A stretch of DNA of 64,000 bases, from NCBI GenBank assembly GCA_004431415.1, contig QPMI01000179.1:62001-126000 (forward strand), given 5' to 3'. This stretch comes from Cyanophora paradoxa CCMP329 (Eukaryota > Plantae > Glaucophyta). Positions 34,977 through 44,573 of this stretch are shown piece after piece. Numbering within the stretch: position 1 is the stretch's first letter; every line of letters begins with the position of its first letter. The position numbers and the translations under genes are program-made. The notes beneath the pieces were generated by a model. The model did no database searches, was not told where the DNA came from, and saw nothing but the letters and a program-made list of their open reading frames with translations.

Positions 34977-37900
34977 TACCTCGGGGTGACGAGACGCCCC
35001 TACTCCCCCCTTCCTTTACTGTCCCCACCCAACTCTGGTCACACGCCTCCCGAACCCCCCGCCACCTCCACGTTCATATCTGTAACCCTACACGCAAACC
35101 GCTCCACCTTTCGGAGGGTACGATCATCGGCTACGCTGAATTCGGGCACTGGGAGGAGGGCGAGTTCACGCCAGACTCCACGCCCTTCCCCTCGGGCCCG
35201 TCATCCATGTGGACTGACGATCAGCGACGGGCGGCTGCACGGCGAATCCTGCAGGCGGCACGACCGGTGGTGGTCCGTCGGCGCGTCGGCCCGAAGCACT
35301 TCCGCCGAGTCGCCCGACAACGGTGGCCAGAATGCTTCAAGCGCCCGGACACCACCAGCGGCGAACAGGAGCAAACACCGCTTACGGCCGATGAGGTCCA
35401 GGAACTCGAAGCCGTCCTCGACAAATGGTCCACGCGACTCGAGCGACAGACGGGCGATGGGGCAGTCGAAGCCCGCGCTCACATCGCCGACTTGCGCTGC
35501 CTCGTACTCCGATGGTGGAAGGACAACCTGGACCCCGGGGGGCCGCAGCCGTCTCCAGCAGCAGTACGGCAAGCGACGATGAGTACGAATGCAATGGACC
35601 CGCCGACCTCCGACAGGCCCCCGGACGAGAAGTCACCTGAGGAGGCCTGGAAGGAGGCGCTCGAGGCGCTGCGAGCCGCCTCGCGGGCAGATGCGCTGCC
35701 GGAGACGACCTCGTTCCAGGCGGAGCGGCTGACGGCCTTGCTCAGTCGCAACAAGCGTTCCTTCACCAACTGCCTGGACCCCCGGGACCTGCTCAAATTC
35801 GAGCACTTGCTACAGCTCCAGCCTGGAGTCGACAAGGTCAACCTGCCGCTGTACACTCACCCGCGTCGGATGTCACCGACAGCGGAGGAGGCTACACGGA
35901 AGGAGATCGAGAAGTTGCTGCGCGACGACTTGATCGAGCCCTCCCAGGCCGGCTACGGCTCTCCGGTGGTGCTGGCGCCGAAGAAGGACGGCACGCTACG
36001 GTTCTGCATCGACTATCGCAAGCTGAACCTGCTGACGGAGCGCGACGTCTTCCCGCTCCCCCGCATCGACGACCAGCTTGAGCGGCTGCGCAAGGCGCGC
36101 GTCTTCTCGACCTGTGACGCGACGTCGGGATTCTGGCAGCTTCCGCTCTCGGAGGAGTCGCGCAAGTACACGACGTTCATCGTTCCTTGGGGCATGTACC
36201 AGTGGAAAGTCACTCCATTCGGGATCACGAATGGGCCGTCGGCGTTCTGCAGGGCCATCTCGTCAATCATGGGACCGCTTCTCTCGACCTGTGTAGTCGC
36301 GTACGTCGACGACCTGACCATCTTCTCCTCCACGGTCGACCAGCACCTCATCGACTTGGAGGCCTTCTTCGCTGCCGTCGAACGCGGGAACCTCAAACTG
36401 AAGCCGAGCAAGTGCCGCTTCATGGTTCGCGAAATCGAGCTCCTGGGACACCGCGTCTCCGGAGAAGGCGTGCGGAAGGACAAAAAGAAGATGGACATGA
36501 TCGCCAAGTGGCCCGAACCGTCGACCCCGGAGAACCTCCACTCCTTCGTCGGCCTCACGGGTTACTACCGACGCTTCGTCCGCAACTACGCCCGCATCGC
36601 CCAACCGCTGTACGATGTGCTCAAGCACCGCGACAAGCCTCGGGAACCGGGCGGAGCCCCGCAGTCCTTCGCGATGCTCTGGGACGATCGCTGCAGGGAG
36701 GCGTTCCGCACCCTCCAGACCGCTCTCATCGACGATGTCGCCCTCCCCTTCCCTCACTTCAACGACGCCGCGCGGCCGTTCATCGTGACCACGGACTGGA
36801 GCAAGCAGGCGATGGGCGCGATCTTGCACCAGGCCGACGACGCCGGCAACGTCCGGCCGCTCATGTTCTCCAGCCGCACGAACGGCGACTCGGAGCGCAA
36901 CTACGGCGCTGTGGAGGGGGAGGCGATGACGTTGCTGTGGGCGCTGAAGCAGTGGACGCACTACTTCGAGTGCAACCAGCCGTTCGAGATCCACACGGAT
37001 CACGAGCCGCTCCTCTCGCTCCGCAACACGTCGACGAGCCAGCTGCCCAACCGTTACCTCGCCAAGGTGGCCATGTACCTGCAGGGTTACAACTACATCA
37101 TCAAACACTGCAAGGGCACGACCAACGGCGCGGCAGATGCAATGTCGCGCGCCCCGCTGAACCACCCCGTCTACAACGGCGCGGCCGACGGCTCCGAAGA
37201 CGCGCCAGGCGCCGCGCCCGGCGCCCGGGGGTTTGCGGTGCCGGTTCCTGGGGACCCGGACGAGCCCCTCGGGATGTACTTCATCCAGCTCCCCCGCGAA
37301 GACCCGGCGCGGGAGATGGCGAGCGTCGCAAGAACGGCGATCAAGGCGGCGCGCGTGCTGCGGGCTGAGAAGGATCGCCGCCGCATCCGGCGGGTTCAGC
37401 AGAAGGAGGCGCGGACGAAGAGAGTGCCGCGGGAGCTGCGCAACCTCGACTCCACCCTTGGGCCGGCCTGGCGGAGCGCGGCGCAAGGGGGCCGACGGGA
37501 CCCGCAGGAAACCCCGGCGATCCGGGCGCCGAGACGGCCGCAGACAGCACTCGACCGTAGCTTCGAGATCGCCGACCGGATGATCAGCTCGGGCATGTAC
37601 CGCACGCGATCCTCTCAAGCGACCTCGACAGCGGCTCCGAGTGCAGTGGACGTCGACGAATGGTTGGCCCGGACGTTCCCCGACGGCCCGCCGGGTGACA
37701 AGCCAGCCACCTCGGTGCCGATGACGGCCGTGGCGGAAGACGGGGGACCGCCGGTGCCGGCGGAAGCACCGTCGGCGACAGCGGCACCGCCCTTGGAGCT
37801 GCACGCCGCCTCGCCCGGCGTAGACGAGGCGGACCTGGCGCCGACGGCCCAACCATCTGGACGACGGCGGCGCGCCCTTCAGAACCTGGAATCCGACCTC

Positions 37901-38038
37901 GGCCGTGCATGGCAGCACCCCGACAACGCCGCTGCGACCAGGGGCCGTGCACGATATCCGCGACGGGCTCAGCAACCGCCATCGTCCGCGGAGACGGGCC
38001 TCAATGCACTGGTGGAGCAGGCGGAACGGGTCAGTTAG
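34736..38038 (+). CDS. pol: Pol: reverse transcriptase + RNase H + long low-complexity tail (-1 frame relative to ORF3)
   Basis: KKDGTLRFCIDYRKLN, FPLPRID, PFGITNGP, AYVDD, FIVTTDWS and HTDHEPL motifs. Confidence 0.95.
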   Translation: MGHAHHLAGRPGEPLRSFSSSDRTGGAVPVRLLRPLYVPRGEAFVRCHVPDLRGQLPVQQDEVRITAFGSPDADPFDSAVVPRGDETPLLPPSFTVPTQLWSHASRTPRHLHVHICNPTRKPLHLSEGTIIGYAEFGHWEEGEFTPDSTPFPSGPSSMWTDDQRRAAARRILQAARPVVVRRRVGPKHFRRVARQRWPECFKRPDTTSGEQEQTPLTADEVQELEAVLDKWSTRLERQTGDGAVEARAHIADLRCLVLRWWKDNLDPGGPQPSPAAVRQATMSTNAMDPPTSDRPPDEKSPEEAWKEALEALRAASRADALPETTSFQAERLTALLSRNKRSFTNCLDPRDLLKFEHLLQLQPGVDKVNLPLYTHPRRMSPTAEEATRKEIEKLLRDDLIEPSQAGYGSPVVLAPKKDGTLRFCIDYRKLNLLTERDVFPLPRIDDQLERLRKARVFSTCDATSGFWQLPLSEESRKYTTFIVPWGMYQWKVTPFGITNGPSAFCRAISSIMGPLLSTCVVAYVDDLTIFSSTVDQHLIDLEAFFAAVERGNLKLKPSKCRFMVREIELLGHRVSGEGVRKDKKKMDMIAKWPEPSTPENLHSFVGLTGYYRRFVRNYARIAQPLYDVLKHRDKPREPGGAPQSFAMLWDDRCREAFRTLQTALIDDVALPFPHFNDAARPFIVTTDWSKQAMGAILHQADDAGNVRPLMFSSRTNGDSERNYGAVEGEAMTLLWALKQWTHYFECNQPFEIHTDHEPLLSLRNTSTSQLPNRYLAKVAMYLQGYNYIIKHCKGTTNGAADAMSRAPLNHPVYNGAADGSEDAPGAAPGARGFAVPVPGDPDEPLGMYFIQLPREDPAREMASVARTAIKAARVLRAEKDRRRIRRVQQKEARTKRVPRELRNLDSTLGPAWRSAAQGGRRDPQETPAIRAPRRPQTALDRSFEIADRMISSGMYRTRSSQATSTAAPSAVDVDEWLARTFPDGPPGDKPATSVPMTAVAEDGGPPVPAEAPSATAAPPLELHAASPGVDEADLAPTAQPSGRRRRALQNLESDLGRAWQHPDNAAATRGRARYPRRAQQPPSSAETGLNALVEQAERVS

Positions 38039-40129
38039 GAGGCTGCACGCCGCCTCGCGGACCCTGCGCCTCTGTCAGCCGCCGACCAGGAACATCTCGC
38101 GGACGGGCCGCCCCACGCGCCGCTCCAGTTCGACGCCGAGCACCCGAACCTGACGCCGCAAGTCTTTCGACCAGACGGGAGGCCTCGCTCGAGGCACTAC
38201 AAGCGCCGCCAGTGCAGGTTCCTCAAGAAGTTCCTCGCGGGCCTCAAAGATTTCGAGGGGGAGCAGGCGACGGAGGAGCACCGTCGCCTGTACGCCGAGG
38301 CGCAGCTCCGCCGTCGCCAACTGCGGGGTTGGAAATCCCGTCAGGGGCGGTATTCGGTCGCGCCTCCGTCCATTCCCGACACCGCTGGAGAGGAGACCGC
38401 CAACGGAGCCGGGAATGCCGCCGGGGACGCCGGCTCGTCAGGGGCATCACAGAGGGGAGGGGGGCGGCAGCGCGAGGAGCCGAAGTCGGACAACGGAGGC
38501 GAACGCAGCGATGACGACGAGGCGGTCGAGCGGGTACCAAGCGGCTTCGTGGCACCTCTGCAGGGACCCGCAGGTGACCGGGTCAAACCGCTGGACGTTA
38601 TCGTCGAGGGCGAAGTGCGGGACGTCTGGGCGGAGGGCCACCGCAGGATCGTTGATCCCCCTCCTCCTGACAAGCTCAAGCGGTTCATGTCTGACGCGAC
38701 GGCGATGGTCCTAAAACAACACAACGACCCGTGGTGCAAGCAGGTCCGAGAGTTCATCAACAACGGCGTCAACGTGGCTTGCTGTCGCGATCACCGCAAG
38801 TTGGAAATCCCCGAGGACCAGATCACGTGCAAGTGGTGTCTGCACGCTAAGGAGGCGTACGCCGACATGATGGACAGCTACGAGATTGCGGACGGGGTCG
38901 TTCGACGCCTCCCGCCTCTGGCTGGCATGCGCTCCCTGGTTGTAGTGCCGGAAACGCTGCAGGAGATGATCCTCTCCGCGTACCACGACGACTGGGCCCA
39001 CCGCGGTGCGGACATCGTCGCGAGGCGCATCTTCAGCCGCTTCAGGTGGGACGGCATGACGTCATCTGTACACCGCTACGTGCGGTCCTGCCCTCACTGC
39101 CAACGAGCGAAGGCGCGGCGGCGGCCGAAGGTTCTCTGCAAGATCTTCGAGGCGTACTTCCCAGGCGACCTGCACCAAGCCGACATCATGTACTTGGACC
39201 TGTCGGTGGACGGCATGGTCGGCGCCTTCGTTGGCGTCGACGCCTACTCCAAGTACCCCGACGGGAAGCCGATCCCGGACATGAAGGCGTCGACGCTGCG
39301 TTGCTGTGCGGAACAGGCGCTCGCTGACCATGGCGTCGTCCAGCGTTACCTCATCGACAATGGCTCACAGCTGATCCAGTCGGAGTGGTACAACTTCTGG
39401 AAGAGCAAGGGCACGCGCATCATTCGCGCAGCGGCGTTCCATCAGTCTACCAACGGCGGCGCCGAGTGCCTGGGACAGACGTTCAAGCGGCTGGTGTACG
39501 GGCTCTGCAAGGCGGCCGGCAAGTCGAATCGGCACTGGACGGAATTTGTACACCAGGCTCTCCTCGCAATGTGCACGGGCATCCACGCAGCCACGGGCTT
39601 CCCGCCAGCGGTGCTCCACTTCGGGCGCGACCTCACGCTCCCTGGCGACCTTCGCTTCGATCCCGACGAACGACAACGGCCAACGGACCCGACGTTCCTG
39701 AACGACCGCTTGGCGGGCCTCGCACGGGCGGCCGAGAGTCGAGCGGCAGCGGTAGCCGAGCACCGCAAGCGCTACAACAAGCGTTTGCTGCGCGCTCACG
39801 GCGGCAAGCTGCTGCGGCGCTCGTTCAGGAAGGGGGAGAAGGTTCTTTGCTGGTTCGAGGGCCTCAAACGCGGTATCCACAATGGGTGGACCGGCCCCTT
39901 CGTTGTCTTGCGGGAACTGTCGGACGGACACCTGTACGCCGTAAAGGCGACAGTGGAGTCAGAGCGGCACAGAAGGACGAAAGAGCTGATCGTCCACATC
40001 GACTTAATGATCCCTTACCGCAACAGACCGGCAAACGTTGCACGGAAACGGCGGCAGGGACGCCCGCCGCGGCCAGAGCAACCGCCGGCATCTCCGGGGG
40101 CGCCCCCGGAGGTGGCGCCGGACGCTTAA
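38039..40129 (+). CDS. pol: Pol continuation: linker + integrase (HHCC, DDE, GPF), in frame with RT-RH after a single TAG
   Basis: I read the frame codon by codon and it is open from 38039 to 38549. Motifs HDDWAH..CPHC, QADI, IDNGSQ, NGGAE and WTGPF. Confidence 0.92.
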   Translation, partial: EAARRLADPAPLSAADQEHLADGPPHAPLQFDAEHPNLTPQVFRPDGRPRSRHYKRRQCRFLKKFLAGLKDFEGEQATEEHRRLYAEAQLRRRQLRGWKSRQGRYSVAPPSIPDTAGEETANGAGNAAGDAGSSGASQRGGGRQREEPKSDNGGERSDDDEAVERVPSGFVAPLQGPAGDRVKPLDVIVEGEVRDVWAEGHRRIVDPPPPDKLKRFMSDATAMVLKQHNDPWCKQVREFINNGVNVACCRDHRKLEIPEDQITCKWCLHAKEAYADMMDSYEIADGVVRRLPPLAGMRSLVVVPETLQEMILSAYHDDWAHRGADIVARRIFSRFRWDGMTSSVHRYVRSCPHCQRAKARRRPKVLCKIFEAYFPGDLHQADIMYLDLSVDGMVGAFVGVDAYSKYPDGKPIPDMKASTLRCCAEQALADHGVVQRYLIDNGSQLIQSEWYNFWKSKGTRIIRAAAFHQSTNGGAECLGQTFKRLVYGLCKAAGKSNRHWTEFVHQALLAMCTGIHAATGFPPAVLHFGRDLTLPGDLRFDPDERQRPTDPTFLNDRLAGLARAAESRAAAVAEHRKRYNKRLLRAHGGKLLRRSFRKGEKVLCWFEGLKRGIHNGWTGPFVVLRELSDGHLYAVKATVESERHRRTKELIVHIDLMIPYRNRPANVARKRRQGRPPRPEQPPASPGAPPEVAPDA

Positions 40130-41299
40130 GCGCGCGAGGTGCTCCCTACAGTACATGAGGATTATCGTCGGGATGGGTACGCGACCCTCGCAATCGATAG
40201 CCCTTGGGAACGGCGCGCCTAAGGCCCCTCCAATCCCGGGCCTCCCGACCGTGTCGCGCCACGTGGCCCACGCGTTTCGGACGATATCCGAAAAGAGGGC
40301 CGAAGTCCCACGCAGCGGCACTGCCTCGAAAGGCTCGCTAGCGATCGAACGGCATAGGATTAGGTCGTTGCGACGCGCGAAGCTCCGCTGCGATAGCGCC
40401 GCCACCGTTTCCTTAGAACGTGCAATGCGTGCTGCCGCAACTCTTTCCGTTTTTCTTTCAGGGGGACGCCCCTTTCGTGCACGCGTGCAGCGCACTCACG
40501 CGCGATGCGCGTCAGACCCTCGGCGGGCACGGCGGACGGGTGTACGTGGCGGGCGCACGTGGAGGGCCCTCCGGGCACGGAGACGCGCCATCGGGGCGAC
40601 GTGGCGGTCGTGGACTGGAGTGCCCTCAGGGCAGGCTATTACGGCGGCGCGGCCGAGGTTTTTTTCCCGGTTTTTCCTCGAGCCGCTAGCGACCCCTGCG
40701 AGCACATATCAGGCCCCAGGCGGCTTCCCTATGTACACTCGCAGGCGGCAGTCCGCACGTCTACCCCTCTCCTGGATTCTTCTTTTGGAACCCGGCTTGG
40801 GCAGCTCGGGCTTGTTGGCTGATTTTAGTATGTATCTACTAGTTGGTATCTCTATTCATCTAGGAGGCCGCCCGGTCGGTGAGCGCGTAGGCTAGATAGG
40901 CGCTCTGACTCGAGGTTGGGACCTCATTTTCCCTCGACTCCACTAGCCTATCGTCTTGTGAAGTCGTATCATGGATCCCCGGCTTGCGTCCCGGGAGGAT
41001 TTTTGCTCACTCGACCCCACCGGACTCGCATCCTGTGAAGTCGTATCATGGACCCCGGCTTGAATATATGTAGTTGTGACGATCCAATCCCCCTCTTCTC
41101 TATCCATATTTTTCTTTCTCTTGAGCGCACGAGGACGTGCGCTTGTGAAGTCGTATCATATTGCAGTGAGCATATACTGCCATTATCCCAAGTCCCTGTA
41201 GACCTGTACCCCTAGTCTGTCCCTGTACCCCAATGATACCAGTCCCCAGCTAAACTATGCTGGCAACACACACTTGTGTAATTTTCTTCTGTACTTCTA

Positions 41300-41597
41300 A
41301 TCTTGAATGATCGTCTTCGGTTCCCCTCTCTCCCGTTTTCCCTAACACCCTGTCTGGCCTGTTAGGGAGCAGGTCAGTTCAGGAAGTTTGGGCTTTTTCT
41401 TTGCATGGGGACCCTACGGCCCAGGTAGGGACTTTGTGCAGCCTGTCTTTCGCAGGTTCTCGAGAGCATCTCTCATCACTACCCACGCTAGTGGGTCCCT
41501 GACGGAGCCTTGCAAGCTCCTTTAGGGGCCTCTGCGGTTCTGTCATACCCAGTCTTGCTGGCGTGGGTGTGTCTTTTACTTGCTCTCTCTCTCTCTT
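41300..41597 (+). mobile_element. LINE-related 3' UTR copy ending in a (CT)n tail
   Basis: Diverged reverse complement of ~3385-3650. Confidence 0.85.
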
Positions 41598-43216
41598 TTT
41601 GATGATAGATTAAAAGAGTTTTCGAATTTACATGCAGTTCCCATAGAAAATGCTTCCAAACTTATTCATGAAGAGATTCGCCAGCGATTTGGACAAAATG
41701 TTTCGGACTTTCTCAAAAGTGTTAATATCGGCAGCCCTGAGCACAAGGCTGACAAACGTGCAGTTATGCTGGATTTTCCTCGCTGGGAATCTGGATGAAG
41801 CTAAGGCTGAGCTACCACCTTATAATCCTGATGGGCTCCACCGGCCTGTCAAGCAATCTATCAACACTGGTGATGCCCGTCAGATCGCTGAGCCTCCTTG
41901 CAGACACTCTCAACAGGAGCAGGATTTGATTGTCAATGAGACCAAGAAGTTGCTGGGTCGCAATTTAATTCGTCCCTCTTGTTCGCCTTGGGCTGCCCCT
42001 GTGGTCCTGGTGCGCAAGGATGGAACCGCAAATTAAATTCTGTTACTATGGATGACCCTTATCCCCTTCCTAGGATTGATGATGCTTTGGAAGCTTTAAC
42101 GGGTTCTATATATATATCAGCTATGGATATGCCGGACGGTTATTGGGGAGTTGAAATGAAGACCGCCTTCAGGACTCCCATTGGATTGTTTCAGTGGAAT
42201 GTTATGCCTCAAGGGCTCAAGACCGCGTCGGCCACTTTTCAGACTATGATGGATAGTGTATTTGGAACTTATCTATATATTTTCATTCTGGTTTACCTTG
42301 ATGATATTGGTGTCTTTTTTTTCGAAATCCCTGAAGCAGCACCTTGCTGATCTTCAGTGGGTCTTCGATGCTATGAGGAGGGCTAATTTGTTCTTCAAGC
42401 CCAAGAAATCGAAGTTCTTCAAGGCTGAATTGGAATATTTAGGATTTACAGTTACTAGAAAAGGAATCAAGCCCTCCAAGGCTAAAGTGGAGGCAGTTCG
42501 GAAATTCCCGACTCCACGATCTGTATCAGAATTTCGTACTTTCTTAGGTATGGTAGGATATTATAGAATTTTTATCATGAGTTGTGCCTTAATTGCGGCA
42601 CCTGATGTGGAGTTTTGCTGGTTCGGGTTCTGTGTCGTAGTTTGCCCCTAGATCGCCCCTCCTTCTCTTTCGGCGTAGGATATTTGAAGTTCGTACTGTA
42701 TCAGTTCGTACTGTATCAGTTCGTACTGTATCAGTTCGTAGGATACTCCACGATCTATATCTGAAGTTCGTACTTTCTAAGGTAAGGTAGGATATTATAG
42801 AATTCTTATCATGGGTTGTGCCTTGATTGCGGCACCTTTTCATGATTTGTGCTCCAAAGGCACACATTTCTATTGAAGTCCCAAGGAGGACCTTGCATTT
42901 CGAAAGTTGAAGGAGATTTTGTGTTCAGCGCCTATTCTGGCACTTCCTGATTTTAAAAAGCCTTTCATTTTGAAGACCGATGCCTCAAAAGTTGGAGTGG
43001 GGGCAGTTCTCTCTCAGGTGGACTCATCTGGAAATGAAAAGTTTGTGCAATTTGCTTCTCACAAATTTACATCAGCGGAGAAGAAATGGAATAAGGAAGT
43101 TGTTATTGAGTTGTTAATAAGGAAGTTCACAATTGGATGAGAATGGAAATGAGAAGTTTGTGCAGTTTGCTTCTCACAAATTTACATCAGCTGAGAAGAA
43201 GTGGAATAAGGAGGTT
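41598..43216 (+). pseudogene. pol: Degenerate, rearranged Gypsy pol (RT and RNase H start), same family as 60.6-64 kb
   Basis: SPWAAPVVLV, YPLPRIDD, YLDD and FILKTDASKVGVG motifs with frameshifts; 42750-43110 is near-identical to 62290-62650 (-). Confidence 0.9.
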
Positions 43217-44544
43217 CGCAACAAAGCCTCTATCTTTTCCTTCTGATCAGCTGTAGCTCCTGAAAATCCATAATCAATTTGCAACTTGATCTTTTCGAAG
43301 TATTCTTTATCGAATGAACGTGCAATTGTAGAGACTTCAAAGGACTTTCCAGGAATCTCTTTTTGACCAATATCTAAAGACATGATCTCACAGTCCATTT
43401 TAGGCCACCATTCTCCACACGTTAGCCCTTTGTTCAAAATTACAGGAAAATCGTTCAAGTTGTACAAAACAGATGAAGTGAGGCCATTCGAAACTTGCTG
43501 AACAGTGGAGAGTCCATAAACTCCAGGGACAATTTCGCATTCAGGAAAAATTATTACTCCGTCTCCATTACTATCTACTCGAAGTACTACTTTAACACCT
43601 GTGTTTTCAGGAATTTTCACATCTTCAGCAAGAGCAACACTTGACTCAGATTTGGTTGTTCCAAGTGACAATGGGACTTGCAATGAGGGGTTCACAAAGG
43701 AGTGTACAATCCCTTTGGAATGGGAAATGTCGATCATATTCTTTTCACAATAATCTCTTCCAAGAATCACATCGTGGGAAAGCTTATCCATCACCACCAC
43801 TGGTTCAACTGTCTGCAAACTTCCTAGTTCTATTTTCGAATTTGTTGATCCAACAGCAGGGACCAGTTCTTTTGTAAAACCTCCAAGCTTGGGTGCAGCT
43901 TTTACAACTTCAGGCTGCACTGGCAACTTGTTTAGCAAATTTTGTGAGGCCAAAGAAACGTCTGCTCCTGTGTCCAATAAGGCCCAGGTGGGAACCTCCT
44001 GTACCTTTACAGGTACTGTCCCTGCCCGGCCCTTCTCATGGACAGTTGGCTTTAGTGCTAGAATTTCCTTGGGGGTAAAGACTATTTTGAACGTGGTGTA
44101 CACAATGCGATCCTTTATATTTTCATCATGCTGCACATCATAATCCTGAACTGCTTTATCTTCCTCAACATTTCGAACATTTCGAAAAGGTGATCCAGAC
44201 CGATTATTTCCAAAATTTTGTGTACGGGGCGGCCCACCCCTTCCAGAGCCACCACGACCAAAACCTCCACACCCAAAACCGCCGCGTCCAAAACCTCCGC
44301 GACTGTATCCTCCATTCCGACGGTCGGGCCAGTAATTCGGGCCATCTTTGTTATCGTAGCATTCAATCTCCGAATGATTGGGGTGGATCATTTCACAAAA
44401 GCGGCACTTAACCGGCTTTTTCTTCATCTGTTCACGCTCGAACATCTCTTCAATCCCACGCCGATGCTTTTCGAAATCGGCTAGGGTTTGAATGGCACTG
44501 TGGTTGAACACCGTCTCGAAATAATGAAAGTCCTGCTGGCGCAT
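43217..44544 (-). pseudogene. Gypsy gag C-terminus (Zn knuckle, RGG repeats) + protease fragment
   Basis: CRFCEMIHPNHSEIEC, RGGFG repeats and ALLDTGAD; related to the gag-pol at 56203-59844. Confidence 0.88.
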
Positions 44545-44573
44545 GAGCTCCCGGATTTCTCACACATAGTGCT

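Larger units (their letters stand above)
24646..41160 (+). mobile_element. Giant GC-rich Ty3/Gypsy-type retrotransposon (~16.5 kb; no 5' LTR seen)
   Basis: PR-RT-RH-IN order; ~15.5 kb of contiguous coding sequence; sharp GC boundary on the left; hairpin at 41124-41143 like the pre-PPT hairpins of the other families. Confidence 0.85.

Noticed and set aside
36187-37975. 393-aa (+) and 570-aa (-) ORFs overlapping pol
   Set aside because: Shadow frames expected from high GC3; no motifs.
2898-38038. Stop-codon reassignment in the host genetic code
   Set aside because: Internal stops are too rare for a sense codon, include both TAG and TGA, and TAG terminates ORFs normally (e.g. 56203).
40038-40895. 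285-aa ORF downstream of integrase as env
   Set aside because: Arg-rich, with no signal peptide or fusion-protein features; likely GC-rich 3' UTR.
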